DNA of 63,884 nucleotides, counting the filler, from Choristocarpus tenellus KU-1152 (Eukaryota; Protista; Phaeophyceae), in the NCBI GenBank assembly GCA_964200185.2. It is 12 parts of 12 records of this genome, joined end to end, with 100 filler letters (N's around TTAATTAATTAA, not from the genome) between each part and the next. Parts side by side here need not be neighbours in the genome. Positions count along the whole stretch, not along the records: positions 10,464 to 22,613 come from CAXNAD020001953.1; positions 22,714 to 30,423 come from CAXNAD020005709.1; 10 more parts are not named here. One strand, written 5' to 3'. The translations under genes and the position numbers were made by a program. Shown here piece after piece: positions 11,761-25,760 of this stretch (positions within the stretch are counted from its first letter, which is position 1; each line of letters starts with the position of its first letter). Under the pieces are notes generated by a model. That model was not told where the DNA came from. It ran no database searches and saw nothing but the letters and a program-made list of their open reading frames with translations.

Positions 11761-14700
11761 GTTTCTGAGCCACTACAAATGAGAAAATCGAGAAAAATTA
11801 CAGAAAATTGTTATCAAGAGGACAGAGGATAGATTGTACCGGTACCAGTACTACAATTACTGTACTATTCATTGTAAGTAGTAGGTGTAAGATATTCAAC
11901 AGTAACAAATCCTTACCCTCTACCATTGCAACAAATCAGTTTTGTTGTGGTACAAAATATAACATACATATGTCGTAGTAATGTCTCACTGTGTCCACCT
12001 CACTCAGTCAGCTACTACTGTCACCAAGCAAGCAAGTTCAAACTTCCCACACCATCCAGCACACACCTAGCGAATAAATGCGACTAAGAAGGCGTGGACA
12101 AGTGACCGTTCGTTGCTGACTGCTTGCTCATCATGCATACATGCACTGTAGTGACTGGGATGCTCTTAAACACTGACAACATTGCAAGACCTCCTTGCAA
12201 CTGACATCGTTTTTTATCAGAGAGAGGTGGCAACGGGGCATAACACAACTGAATCTTGCATCAAATTATATGAAAGTCTGGATGAAGTATCATATTTGAA
12301 TATAAAGTTAGTCGTGCCCCACAGATAAATGATAGGAGGTAAGACAGGATGATCTTGAAGATCTGATGGTGTTGAGGAAGTGGATAAACAGGAAAAATGT
12401 GTCACTTCATTTGTATCATCTTGTTGAACATTACATAACAGATCGCAGTCTTCTCTATCAAATATCGATCAGTATTATTACAGATAGGATACTATATTCA
12501 ACATCTTACACTATGCAGTAGTCACTATTACGGGCATGACGACCTCCTCCAACCGATAATTGCAATTGTGCATACGGTTGCGTAATTACACCCCTCATCC
12601 CCTTCCTTGAAATCACGACCTGCCAAATTTGCTCTAGAGAGGGAGACGTTATTCATATATTTAGGACCATCTGGCTGACTACAGGCGCCTCAGAATGTAG
12701 AGCTAGAAATAAAATAACGAATGCAAGGACAACATTGACAGTTAGGGACATGGTAGTAGTGCCAGTTAGAAGGATCCAAGATAAAATTAAGTAAAATAAT
12801 AATGGTACTTACAAACCTACTACTGTTATGTTGTTGGGTTCTTCTACATATATGCCTACATGTTGTGCAATGGATACACTAATGAAAGCAAGTAGTAGGG
12901 GTCAATTCTTAATGTTGTGGAAGGTTTACAGCATGACTTCATCAAATATGGCATGCTTTAGCAGCGATTGAAATGTATATTGTCACATGGTCCACATGTT
13001 GATTCCTCGCGGTTTAATTTCCTAAGGAAGCAAAGTTCAAGATTGTGGTGGGACGAAGGACCACAGTAAGTTTTCTCTTGTAAAATTAAATACATGTGTA
13101 GCACACAGGAATTTGGAATACGAGGAACATTGACATCACTGTTCTGGCCGTAGGATACGGAGGGGGGTTTGGTGGAGGGCAATGCTCTGTATGTCAGTTG
13201 AGTTTCTTTTGGGTTGGCTTCCCATGTGCAGGGTGCTACCACTTACAAGGTTGCTACACAAGAAGCAGTGCAGCAATAAATAACTAGTGGGGAGGGTGCT
13301 ATTTATTTTGTCGGCAAGACATTGTTGTCCAACTCAATTTGGGAAGAGCCAGCCCAGGGCACGGGTCGGGTCAATCCCTATCTAATCCTCCTTCGCTTGA
13401 TAGCTAGTCTTACATGTCAGATAAGGCTGTGGTAGCTAGTCAGATATATCTGCTGGTTGAAGTATTACTATGTTGTATATATTTGTCCTGGAGGGATGCC
13501 CAGTTTCCTAATGAAGCAAAATGGGTATTCCCTAGACTAGCTGGCGGCGTGACAAAGATATGAGGATTTGGTGCGCAACAGCTGAAATCCTCGAAGGCGG
13601 TCAGCCAAGGAAATGAATAGGGAGGCCCATTGAACGATTCTTGCCACTTACAAAATCTTGGAGTACACACCTTAAGGGGCCAGATATATGTTTCCTGTCA
13701 TCAACCCAATGAAGTGAGGTGACTGCATCACTTGTCTCGTTCCAACCTTGCAAAGCTCGGGTAGGCATGGTCAACCTTTTCGATGCATTGATGAATGGAT
13801 CAGAACGTGCTGAGGTTGATCTCCTTGCCAAAACAGTGGAAGATGTGCAAGGTCTCCAGTATGTCACAGGCAGACATAGCATGCTGATTCTGGTTTTGGC
13901 AATTCCCAAATTGGGGTGTGCAGCACGAGATGTCCACCACCTCTTCACTCAATGGACGAAAGGATGTATATCAAAAGAATAAACAATCTGTATAACAAAT
14001 CTACTAGATGACGTATTTACCGTTTGTGTGGTACTCCTGACATGACAGAAATGTACCTTCAACTATCTATTTACTTACACTCATAAAGGGCGCTCTCCAC
14101 AACGATTTTGACGGCAGTCCACATTTTCTGTGCCGCCATCCTCCCTCGCATCGCTTCTCTAGTATGCTGCGTGTCAAGGTCAGGCACCTAGCAACCATCC
14201 ATCATGCGCCACAAGAACACCATACCAAATACATCACATCTACAACAAGGAGCAGACCAACCTAGAAGAAGTAGCTACTCCTTTACGATAAGTCCAAAAC
14301 AAATCCAGAGATTATGCCCTACTCAGCATTCCTGCAACTGAGCAAAAGCAAATAAGCTTGTCCACAGAGGCCAAGCAACTAGATAGATAGGGCAATGCGT
14401 ATCCCTCGCCCTCTCACTAAACAGCAGCACTTTCACAAACCACGAAACAGGGAAGGCAGAGATGGCTCTAAACAGTCTACGCAAGATTACAACCAGATGG
14501 ATGGCCACAACCTGCAATTTTCCCAACAAAAAAATAAGCAAACACCTGAACGCAAGCTACACGATAGCGTGTACACCAACCAAAAACACGTTGAAATCAC
14601 ACTCCACCAAGAAGGAAAGGGAAAGAAGCAAAGCAGTAAAACAACGTGGCATTTTGTACGCTATTAACTATTAACAATTCGCCGTCCTTCAATGAAGAGT

Positions 14701-17442
14701 AGAGTAAATAAATTACCTATGCCACACACTACATATTTACGACATGCTCATTATGAATTACGATTGTAGAGCTGTATATAGTATGCCTGTCACATGCCAC
14801 CGCTGCTTTTACAAGTACCTCTCCGTAGCACTGCACTCTCTGCGTAAAAAACTCTTAAAGTATAGAGCGACCACGGAAGAACCTGACCCTATATTCCGTC
14901 AAGGGTATCACAAAACATATTTGTACAGCAAGAAGAGCTTGCTTGTGGTCTGGATAGGCGACCGTGCTCACAAGATTGAGAACCTGCCAAAACCAGCCTT
15001 GGCTGTTTATCCGTTTTCACTCCCTGCTAAGCACACGCCAGATACCGAGACCACAATTTGGTAATGAAACCTAATCGTAGACCCCAATGAATCAGGTACC
15101 TGCGGTTTAACCACGAACAACCAACCACAAGGAACGAGCTAGATACTACTGATCTGACTGAAGGAAAACTAAACACCTGTAGTGGAGGGGCGACCTTGAT
15201 GTGACACTCCAACCTGCTGCGGGTATCATGCCCCGCATTAAGTTGCGCTGTCGTCGATCCTCTGGACCAGTTCATCTCCTGTCTACCTTCACGGACACCC
15301 ATGCCACAGCTGAAAATACCCCACAATCTTCCATCCATTGGTTCCATAGACTCAGGGAGCAATCTCGAGCAGTACTTTACACTTCAATACGCACTTCTTC
15401 CACCTGATGCTGAAGAAAGTGGTAACAAGGCACAAAGGGTTTGTGTCTGCGCCCAGAAACTTAGGAGGTGAGACAGTACATATATATAGAGGCAATCTCT
15501 AGATCACGACTCAAGTGAAGACATCGGATATGCGATGTCATACCTGGTGTTTAGGCTGCTGGTGGAAAGAACTTCTTATGACTTTGCCCTTTCTTTAATC
15601 CCATTCTCGGCGCAAGGCTTCCCCTTGGCACAGCCTGGACATCCACCCTCAAAGTCTTCGGCTTGCCAGAAGACTTTCGTTCTCCCTTATTAGACTTTCC
15701 ATTCTGTTCCCCACCCCCCCCCTTGCTGTGTTTCTTGGCTGCCTTCAACATTCTCAAGTATAGATGAGTGGTGATCGATACAGCTCCATACAGGAGATGT
15801 AGCTTTCCTTTAAGGATTAGACCTCTGAAAACCAACCTCCACTTGATTGTCAAACAACAAAACTGGCATGGAAATCTGTGTTGAACAACCAAGAGTCATG
15901 AGTTAAGTACTATACACGATATGCTGGATTTTGAGTCGTTTAAAATATCCCAAAAGCAACGGAATTTTCGAGACCTAGACAAGAATCGACACATGAAGAT
16001 GCAGAAATACAAATCTGCCGACAATGATGCGAAACTTACATCAAAAGAGAATCATACACGCTCTATTATCGACAACTATCGTGATGTGTCGTCAGGATGA
16101 AGCATATATATTTTGACTTACAATTTAAATGGCTAAATTCCAAGTGCGGAGGAGATTTTATATGAGGATGGATATGAGTGTTAATATCTGATCATAAATA
16201 TATACTTGATGCCAATATTCAACTCTGAATGTAATTCTATTGGACTAATAATAAGACTAGAAATAGTTAAACCTAAAAGATCGAAGACGTTATATCGTAC
16301 AAAAACATAATTTGCTTCTTCTTCTCACAGTGTTGAGATGATATTCGAAATTCGAAAAGGGGAAAAAAATATGTATATCTTAGATGTGACGAGTACTTTA
16401 TAGTAAAAACACTTTGGAGAAAGGAATCCAGAATCCTTATCAGATGTAATTCGAACCACAAATATTGGATCCCTCATAACGAAGTGTCCTTGCACAACAA
16501 ATCCGAAGTGGAGCAATAAATGTTTTGTCCCGAATGCCCTAAAACTTTTCCCAACGACCAAAAAGTACAAAAAAAAATGGTCAGAATGAGGTCTTCCACT
16601 ATCTCGAAATGAAGCGGAGGTTTTTCTTAGCGCTTTAACAACCCCCTACCCCTTACTCGTGCATCACCTACGCACTTTAAAAATACATTACATATATCAA
16701 CACAACACGTACATTAAATCATTTGTTAGTAACAGTAGTAGTAATAGTGTTAGTTGCGGTAGTGGTAATTGTTGGGTTTTACATCACACGACGGCGAGCT
16801 GCACCCATCTCTGGTCCTTGGCAGACAGATATCGTTTAGGGGTACTACCTTTTGTCCGTGTTCACACGAGCAGGAAAAAGTACCGTGGACAACCAACAAT
16901 GTTTTCTCTTCGTGATTCGGACTAGGTCCAACAATGAGACAAGTTGTTGGCCCCATCCATGCGTGTCCACACGACAGACCTTGAATAATACCCGCTTTCT
17001 CATTGATTGTTGGTTCAAGTGTTAGGAGGTAGGTTGAGAAAAAAGAAAGGTATTGTGACAACAATTTCGTACAAATACCACTTTCTGACACCTCCAATAA
17101 TGGGACTCATATTGCGCTGGAACAACAAGCATCAATAATGTTGCATGACACATGAACATCACAGTAATGCAAACAGAGGGGCAAGCAGTCCCAGACTACA
17201 AACGAATATCGTACAGGATCCATCCATACAAATCTTGATAATATTACTGCAATCAGAGGAACGAAGTTGAGAGTAGTAGTAGTAGTGTGGTCTGTGCTGC
17301 TACAATTTATTTGCTGTGCTGTTACTACTACTGTGTTTGTATCTGCGGCTCAGATGGACGTGTATGTGGCGAAGATGCTCCATCTCCTTCCTCTCCTAGA
17401 CATCCTTTGCAACATCCTCTTCTAGTAGTGTGCTATAATCTT

Positions 17443-17883
17443 GAGTCAAAGTATCTTAGAGGGTAGAGGCGAGTCCGTCTGGGGGCCAAAATACAACGTT
17501 GTGAATTTGATGCAATTTTGGCTATCGTGTTTGTTAGGAAGTGCCAACATCCTTGTTCCGAGCACACCTTTGCACAACGTACACATTTTACCTACTCCGA
17601 AATGTTTTGGGTAGGAAAGCATAATTAAGAAGGCTCAAAGTATCTGTGGGGGGGGGGGAACTACATTACCAGGGTGTCCATATGGGCCCTGGCCAGGAGA
17701 AGTAAGCTTACATTATCCATCCGACACATGCAACCAAATAACCAAAAATTACGACATGGAAAAGTGGACCTTAAATGGACAGCCCCCACCCCCCCCAGAT
17801 ACTTTGAGCCAGAAAATTGTGGGAAGCCAAGCCCCAAACGGACAAACAGGGGAAAACTCATATCCTCTAAGATACTTTCACTC
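17443..17883 (+). mobile_element. MITE family A, full length, interrupted by a family B copy
   Basis: TIRs GAGTCAAAGTATCTTAGAGGGTA / TATCCTCTAAGATACTTTCACTC; flanks TCTT/TCCT (one mismatch). Confidence 0.93.
17632..17810 (+). mobile_element. MITE family B (~180 bp, G-run TIRs), nested in family A
   Basis: TIRs GGCTCAAAGTATCTG(T)GGGG / CCCCCAGATACTTTGAGCC; TSD AGAA on both sides. Confidence 0.95.
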
Positions 17884-19199
17884 TCCTCCTTGTAAATACA
17901 AAATACACATCTCACTCATTTCGTAACATTTCTACCTGTCTGAACACTCCGTCGACAACAGAATATTCACGCCCACTAATAGAATTTCACCCACTCAGAA
18001 AAAAAGTTGCAACAATAATGCTGTTGATCGATAGTCCTGTTGCTACATATCCCTCCACCTGTATCTCACTTTAAACCATTTAAAATGTGCTAATGCTGAC
18101 CTTCTATGATCGTGCTGGGATACTATACATAACAGGATGTAATGCTGTGTTTGGGTAGTAAGGGTGGGGGCTGTGCGGGTAGGGAAATAGGAGGGTGGAA
18201 ATTTTTGCCAGCTAATTCACTGTACTCCAGCAGCTCCAGTTTGGAGGAAAGGAAGAGGGAGGGGGTAATGTGCCTGACTGGGTAATCCTATGGGTACTAT
18301 GCTGTGTGAGGGAGAAAGCGGGAAAGGAGAACATCGGTCATTATTAGGCGATTATTATGGTGGTGTAGCAACACCATAGATAGGAGGAAATAGGTACAGG
18401 GGGGATTGTGCCTGCCAAGTGGACTTTGGAAAATAGAACAAGATTGCCATGAAAAGAAGTCTGGTGTTAATGCAGTCGAACCCACGAAATTTATACCAAG
18501 AACAACCTCGAGTAACCATTTAAAGCATGGAGAACCCTCAACATGATTATATACTATATTATTATTTTACCTGATACAACTACTACTATTATGTTGGATA
18601 ACACTTTTTGTGGTTGATTGCTGACATCTTTTTATCACTGTTGTGTTACATCACCATACAACCAAGAAATATGCCTGGAAAGAACTTCAATAAATTTAGT
18701 AGACATGTAGGAAAAAGCAAATTTGGGTTGGATAAACCAGTTCGTGGTACTTCCTCTGATTTTTCTTGTAATTTATTTGGTGCTGGAAAAAGAGTTGGGT
18801 TATCTTCAACGTTGATATTAACAATGTGAGGTTTAAGTGAGTGGGGTCTGGCTGGAAAAAGGAAGGTTGAGGGTAAGAAGATATAAGGAAGAAGTTCGTT
18901 TTCAATCACTGGAATGATCACTGTTCTCTCATACAACCAGGAAGGAAGATTGAGAGGGTGGCAAAGAAGCACCGCATGCTCAACGACGGTGAAAGAGAGG
19001 ACGCCGATGAGCGATGTGTGGATGCGGCGGGACACTCATCTAACTGGTTCGTGAAAGCCCATCCACTAAATAAACCTTCGCTTGGACGTCACTGTGGTCA
19101 CGCACAGGATCATATGAAGAAATATATACATATACAAATGCCTGAGTTACATCAAATACGTGTACGTCAACCAACAGTGTCCAATCCATACCACCAGAA

Positions 19200-19900
19200 A
19201 GTTCATAACCCACAAAAAGAAATGGGCAAGCTAAACAGTTAATAACACGATGAGCAATCTCAATGAGTAAATAATAGAACTGTCGTGAGGCAGAGTCCAA
19301 TCAGTTGTAGTCTTGTAAAAAAAAAAGGAGTTCAAAATCACCAGTTGTGTCAGTAGTGGGAGATTGCTTCGATAAACCCTAAGCGTTTCACAACCATCAA
19401 TCTTGAGATGAACCTGACTTGAATCTTAAATGGGGTGGATGACGTCGCATTATTGTGACGATATTCTCAAAAACATCTCTGTGATTGATGTTTATTTCCA
19501 CGCCACCAATGACAAAGAAATCGTGCCTGCGCCCAGAAATGGGCTCCACAACATGAACTGTTCGTCACGTAACTATTTTATTATCGATGGGTACGTACAA
19601 AGTGGTATATTGTATTTTGTGCCCCCTGATTCTTGTCCATGTTCTTGATAAACTTATGTTATGAGGGGAAGAAAATGTTACGTTTTCGTGAGGTTCTGGC
19701 TGATTTTCACCTGGACTGGAGGCTTATTCCTCGTCCAATAATCACTACTGTTGTTGCTGGAGCCCGCAAGTCCAACCTGTCAAAAGATCTTCCATGACCC
19801 AAATTGTTTTTACCTCAACACTTTCTTCCCAGTGGAAAGTCTTGGGTATCTCAGCTCGCAATAGGCAGAGCAATTTCTGGATGACCTAGCGACTCGCATA
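19200..19900 (-). mobile_element. Possible decayed PIF/Harbinger-type (DDE_Tnp_4) transposase
   Basis: Hand-translated fragments ELRYPRL, VVEPISGRRHD, STPFK and IGLCLTTVLLFTH occur in the expected order but in shifting frames. Confidence 0.35.
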
Positions 19901-21149
19901 GTGGGTGGTGGGGGGGTTCGAGAAGGTCAGCAGGGTAGGGGGTGTTAAATATTGAAATACCAGTGTTCCATCAAGAGGGCAGATAGTCATGATCTTTCCT
20001 CGTGGTGGAACAATGGTATCTCAATGTTCAACAAAATTAGAGGTTAGTAACCTTCCCAGCATAATCCGTAGGTCATTGCCCCACAACTCCCCCGAAGCGA
20101 TCATGTCAATCTTCGTGTTTCCCCTTGTGCCCGTCCCTCACTCCGTCCATGTCCCCCCATAGTAGGGAGTCGTAAAGGGGATTCAACCGAGATTAGACCC
20201 CTCAACCTCTGGTTGTGTTAAAAAATTATATACCAATCGTCCACTTGAGACAGATACCTGATTGCCCTCCGTATGAAAAAGTGGTATTCCACAAGTAGAC
20301 AGGAAAACACCCTTTTCTGAGCGTTTCACACTCCGCCAAGAACCTAATTTGCCAACGACATGCGTGAATTTCAGAGGGGAATCGCAATGCGCTTGCCTTC
20401 GATTATGATGACAATTCCAACTGAGGACTCATGTTTGCCACGTGGTGTATCTGCCAACCTGGCGACTGACTCTGAGTGTCACAGGTGATGGGTCTTAGTG
20501 GCGGTTTCATAAAAGCCATTGCGAATTTGAAGCCCTACATTTTGTATGTTATGCTTCTTGACTACAAGTATTTATTTTTTGTCACTTGTGATATCATTCA
20601 TTGCCCCTTTGTCTTAGTTCTACATACCTAAATCAAATCGTGAAGTGAATAATCAAACCGTGATATCCAGCATATTTTATCATATTTCCATTATGGCGTC
20701 GTCTGTAAGCCTCATCATCAGTCTCAGGTTTGTGGATTGAAGATACATATCCCATCATGGTGACCTGTGGGAGTTGTGAAACAAAGGATGTCGAAAACTT
20801 ACATCCCAAAGCTATGAGAAAAAGTGTAAGAACAGCTCAGGAGTTAAATAAACTGAGAGGTAGGCAGGGTTTCATTTTAAGGTTCCCGAGAAAGGGTAAA
20901 TAGATGCAATTTTGTGAAATTGGGAAAATAAGACTATCTATGCTGATTTGTGGTGTCATTTTGTGTGTGGAAAAGAGAACTATCGATTTTTCGTATCTTG
21001 TACTATTGTGCTTACCTGGTATATACCAACAAAATAGTGTCTATTGCAAAGAGTAAAAATCGATTGCTCGGAATGCAAATGGGTTCAAACCTGCCTACCT
21101 CTCTATTGTTTTCGCTTTCAGACAGCACGTTAGACTTGAGTACCCGTAG

Positions 21150-21700
21150 AAGGTCTCGGTACCTGTCAGGGCTCACTCCTACTAAAGTGTAGAGGATCTG
21201 GGAAGTCGAGAATTGGTCGTGCACCATGGCCAACCCATATATATGGATGAAAATCGACCTCAGAAGGCCAATCTCAACACTCCACCAGTGACTGGGGGAC
21301 CTGGTGTGACATAGCATACTCACAGGAGTTGCTTTTTTCTTGAGGAGAGTTTTGGAGTTCTTTCAACTAAAGTTTATTGGTTTCCGAGACATTGCACTGA
21401 AATCTTTGAGGACTATGACCGAGTGTGCAAGTTCGTAATGCAACCAGCCCCACCCAGACCAAGCACACAGATGCATCCAGCATAATATTTTCAGATCTTT
21501 TGTCGCAAAGAACGAGATTTGAATTAATTTGTTGGTACCACAGACCAGAATGTGTTGACCAAGAACTTTTCTGTCAAAATAGTCCTTATCAACCGTCATG
21601 TGAGGTTATCAAAGAATTTGTAGAGGCGCTACATACTTTGTAGTGTATTGGTTTGTATTGTAATTTCTTGCTTTACATCAAGGGAAGGTGGTTGTTGCAG
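21150..21700 (+). mobile_element. Decayed Ty1/copia RNase H region and polypurine tract
   Basis: EIFEDY (cf. IFEDN) and TQTKHTD (cf. RTKHID), then purine run AGGGAAGG ahead of TGTTG. Confidence 0.55.
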
Positions 21701-22457
21701 TGAACTGTAGTCTGCTTATTGTTGTGGTGAATGTGCTGGTATAAGCACAAAAAGAACACGACAGTTTCATGTCGCTTGGCAGAACAGAAAATAAAGTGTG
21801 CCATATCCTACATATCATGTGGAGTCAGATACCAATAGGTACGCAGACTCAGCACAACATGTAAATGAGGGTGTACCTCATTACATGGGGTGAAGGATGT
21901 AGAGGACTATACTTAAATTGAACCATACCCTATGGACAGTTCGGCAACGAGCTTCACATCACGAAGTCTTTCATTCATTTGCAGTCCGTTCTGTTTACCA
22001 CATGACTCTCTAAACACCAGGTTTCTTGGAAAGAATGTAATGCAGCGATGACCACAATTGAACCTGCACCTTTCTTACCATCAAGAAGATGGTGCCTAAC
22101 CACCAAGCAATGAAGACACTGTTTAACCTGATCTCCAATTTCCCTCGATGTTTGAATGGTTTCTCCCAGACCGTCCATTCTGATCCTACTCCTCCAGGAT
22201 AATTCATTATTATATTTATTAACACTCTTGTTGTCGCTGAAGGTCTATTAGGGTCATTTGCAACAACAATTAGGTAATATCTTTATTCACCATTTTTGTT
22301 GCTTTGTGTCCAAACAGGTATTTATTTTTTGGACCTAATATTTTACCTCTTAATTTACCGCTTCTAGTCATTGGATGGTCTCCTCTTAATATTAGTGAGC
22401 GTAGGGGAAAGTGTGGTTGACCAGTTGCTACTACTCATCTTCATCGCACTCCAGTTA

Positions 22458-22613
22458 GACTCAAAGTATCTGGAGGGGGGTAGCGGCAGTCCATTTGGGG
22501 TCAATTTTTTCATGTCGCGATTTTTGTGTGATTTGGTTGCGGATGTCGGATGGATAATGTAAGTGCACTTTTCCTTGTTATGGGCCAAATGGACACCCTG
22601 GTGTATACCCCCC
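22458..22613 (-). mobile_element. MITE family B, truncated by contig end
   Basis: GACTCAAAGTATCTGGAGGGGGG start; reverse complement of the 17632-17810 copy. Confidence 0.9.
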
Positions 22614-22713
22614 NNNNNNNNNNNNNNNNNNNNNNNNNNNNNNNNNNNNNNNNNNNNTTAATTAATTAANNNNNNNNNNNNNNNNNNNNNNNNNNNNNNN
22701 NNNNNNNNNNNNN
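22614..22713. other. Artificial contig spacer
   Basis: N44-TTAATTAATTAA-N44. Confidence 0.99.
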
Positions 22714-22836
22714 CAAATGGACAGCCACCACCCCCTCCCAGATACTTTGAGCCAATGTCATAAAAGAACCCATAGGAAGCCAAGCCCCAAATAGACAAAC
22801 AGAGCAAAACTCGTACCCTCTAAGATACTTTCACTC
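22714..22836 (+). mobile_element. 3' end of family B (22714-22753) nested in the 3' part of family A (22754-22836)
   Basis: ...CCCAGATACTTTGAGCC is followed directly by the A internal sequence AATGTCATAAAA...TAAGATACTTTCACTC. Confidence 0.88.
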
Positions 22837-23720
22837 GTTTGATGCCCGTTTTGGGGGTGATTTTCGTTTGGATTTGGTCCTGAGGGCATGGTGTTGAAAC
22901 CTGAGTTCGTACGTGCTGTGCATTGTTGTGCACGAAGGGTATCATAGTGCAACAAAGCACTGTTGAATTTGTTCTGGTAGGTCTGACGACATGTTTTACT
23001 CAATAAGACAATATGGTTGATGCGTATTGTGTGATATTCATTGAGACATTCAAATGAAGAAGATGCATGCTCTGTGGAGAGGCTTGTCACCTTGGCTGAG
23101 AAGAATCTCAATGGATATTTTTCTGTTTATATATTGCATTCTGGCGTGTCTGGTATATACGTATTGCAAAGGGAGCATGATGAATTATGAGGGGGCAATG
23201 CCAGTCAAGAAAAATAACAATCTACATATAATATGCAAATGACAACTTCTTGTAAGAAGAAGAAGAGGAAAGGGGGGGAAAAAGAATAAACAAGAAGATA
23301 AACTTGAATCGATGTCTAAGGGAACTGATGTGACACATGGTATGCCTGTATGTGTGAGAGGAAGAGACCGTTCTCATGCTTCCAATGTACTGTGGTGTTC
23401 TGAAGGTGATTGATGGTGTTGTGATGAGGAGCTAATGAGGTAAGTGAGACTAGCGACCATTACGATGGACAAATCAACATTATGGACTCATGATACTGTA
23501 TCGTATGAAAACAAATCAAATGAGTAGCCTATGTTTTAACACATGGAAATAAGGAAGTTTTTCCAGATGAAGGAAATTGGTCGTTATGTCTGACACGTTC
23601 GCTCAAATAACATGAAAATCACTATGGGGCGACAAAGGCCCCGAATGGATGTCCGACCCCCCCACTAGGATACTATGGGCCTTTCAGTTGCCACCAGTTA
23701 TTTTTAGGGAGTTGTCTCTA

Positions 23721-23931
23721 GACCCAAAGTATCTAGGGGGGGGGGGAGTTTACAGCAGAGTATCCGTTTGGACCAAAACCAGGAAAAGCGCACTTTAATT
23801 ATGGAACCAAATCACCCCAAAATCGCAACATGAAAAAATGGACCCCAAATGCATAGCTGCTACCCCCCCTAGATACTTCGAGCCAGGGTCAAAAACGGAC
23901 ACCTGCACCCCCCCCCCAGATACTTTGACCC
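23721..23931 (+). mobile_element. Composite B-related MITE with an extra internal TIR
   Basis: GACCCAAAGTATCTAGGGG ... CCCAGATACTTTGACCC with TSD TCTA on both sides; internal B-type end TAGATACTTCGAGCC finishes at 23884. Confidence 0.88.
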
Positions 23932-24699
23932 TCTACTCTCCCTTGGCTATGTGCTTGAAAATGGCATGTTCTAGCCCCATATCACCTCACGACCGATAGC
24001 TATTATGCTTGTAATGTCTATAAATACTGTGTAGGGGGTTCTGGTATGAGCTCATGACTCAAGGTGGCTCTTGCATATGATGACAGCGTGCATGAAGAAC
24101 AATGATACGAGAAAAACCTACTGCTCGGGCTTTTAACTTATATATGTGGACATGCCTGAGTGAAACCAATTTCATGTATGTATGTGTGCGTATGCATGAA
24201 AGGTGACCTTGTGCATTTGACGTTGTAGGAAGCAGAGGAGGGGCAGGACATTTTCCAAAAAGGTTTGACAAAGGGCAGTTTTGAGGTTGATCATTGGCTC
24301 AAATGAAAGCTCAGAGTAAGAAGATCATGATGTGGTAGCCGACCAGAAGTTGGCACTTTTGTTGCTGAAGTATAGAACCTCTACACCCTCATTTTTTGGA
24401 ACTTTGATCACCTTGGCCCTACACCTATGCAACTCTGCGCTGACCTTCGTGTTAAGTCTCCAGACACTTGGAAATCTTCGTTCATAATGTGGTGAAAAGA
24501 GGCATGATCCAACACTAGGATTTTTTTTTGGCAGTAGATTACTTGGCGATAAATCTCGACTCAAGTCGGTGCTCCAACTATTTCAGAACATTTCATTTGT
24601 CATGTTATCGACATCACGTGAGCATTTTTTTGAGTTTCCCTCCTGCCTGACCTGTTCAGCTGTCTCCTCTGGCATCAACTGATCACCATCACCTTCCTC

Positions 24700-25760
24700 T
24701 TCCCTCTCTTTCTAGCCCCCAGTGTTTGTAAACTGCACCTGCTTGATTTGGGATCCATGTTCACAACAAATAATTAAAGGCCCATCCTTTGTCATTGCAT
24801 GCACAAGAGTCATCCTCAGACCCTCGCTTGTGTACACCCTATACCTGCATCAACAGACCCCTTTTCTGCTTACTGAAAGTGTGAAAACTGAAAGGAATGC
24901 AAACGGTGCATGCAAGACTCAGCTATGTCCTCTCTCTCCTCCTCCTTGACGGCATCGTGATATTCATGGATACACTTGCAAACGTGTGCTCTTCCCTTGC
25001 CTCCTCACAAAGTCATGGCATTGCAGCAACCTTTGAACCCTATGTGTTTAAACTGTACCCCAGACCCTCTTCTGGAAGACCACAGTGGGCTCAGATGCCC
25101 GAGCCTTGATGAAGGCATCCATTTCCTCCTCCTGTCCTTCATTCAGGTACCACTGCCCTCCATCGGTGCCTGAGGCAGGCCTATGCCCTTCCATGGCTGT
25201 GTCCCCAGGAAGCCAGTCCAAGTCGCTCCAAACCTTGACAATAGATAGCACCTTAGTCTTCCCTTCCCTCATCAGTTCACACTCCCTCACAATATGAGCG
25301 ATATGCGATATCGAGGGGTTCTCTCCTCCTTCAGACCCACGATAGTGTAAGGTTGGTGTGACTCTCAGCTTCTTTCATGGGTGAACCCTGTTGTGGTCTG
25401 ATCTGATTGTGGCACATTCGTGCATCCTCGCTAATCTCCTTGTATTCCATATACTTATTCTTTTGCTTGGTCATATTTGTGGGCTTCGATTGCCTTCCCC
25501 TCAGCTCAGGGTTAGGTCCAGCACTGCTTCATTGGACCCCGTCAGATGCTCACCCACATCTCAACAATAAACTATAATTTTGACTGTCTTGTAGAGCGGA
25601 AAGTGATACTCTGTGACTTACTCTCAACCCAGTGTGCACCCTCATCTGATCGAGGAGGGATCTGGAGAAATTACTCTTTTTTTGTATAACCCCCACATAG
25701 ACAAATCAATTTCCCCTGCCAACAAACCTGGAGCCACTGTGATTGGAGACTAGAGATCAG
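24700..25760 (-). mobile_element. Heavily decayed Ty1/copia pol remnant
   Basis: Fragments resembling integrase (SNHSGSRF, cf. SDNGGEF), RT start (EEEMDAF) and RNase H end (VHAMTK), followed by a purine tract. Many stops. Confidence 0.4.

Noticed and set aside
13601-13948. hAT dimerisation domain (RWW...HPNL...LCLPVT)
   Set aside because: The ERxFS motif was not recovered; too weak to call.
18460-18540. tRNA or tRNA-derived SINE from a GGTTCGACT B-box on the minus strand
   Set aside because: No cloverleaf or A-box could be built.
21975-22260. piggyBac YNxxMGGVD region
   Set aside because: Needs several frameshifts; not distinguishable from chance.
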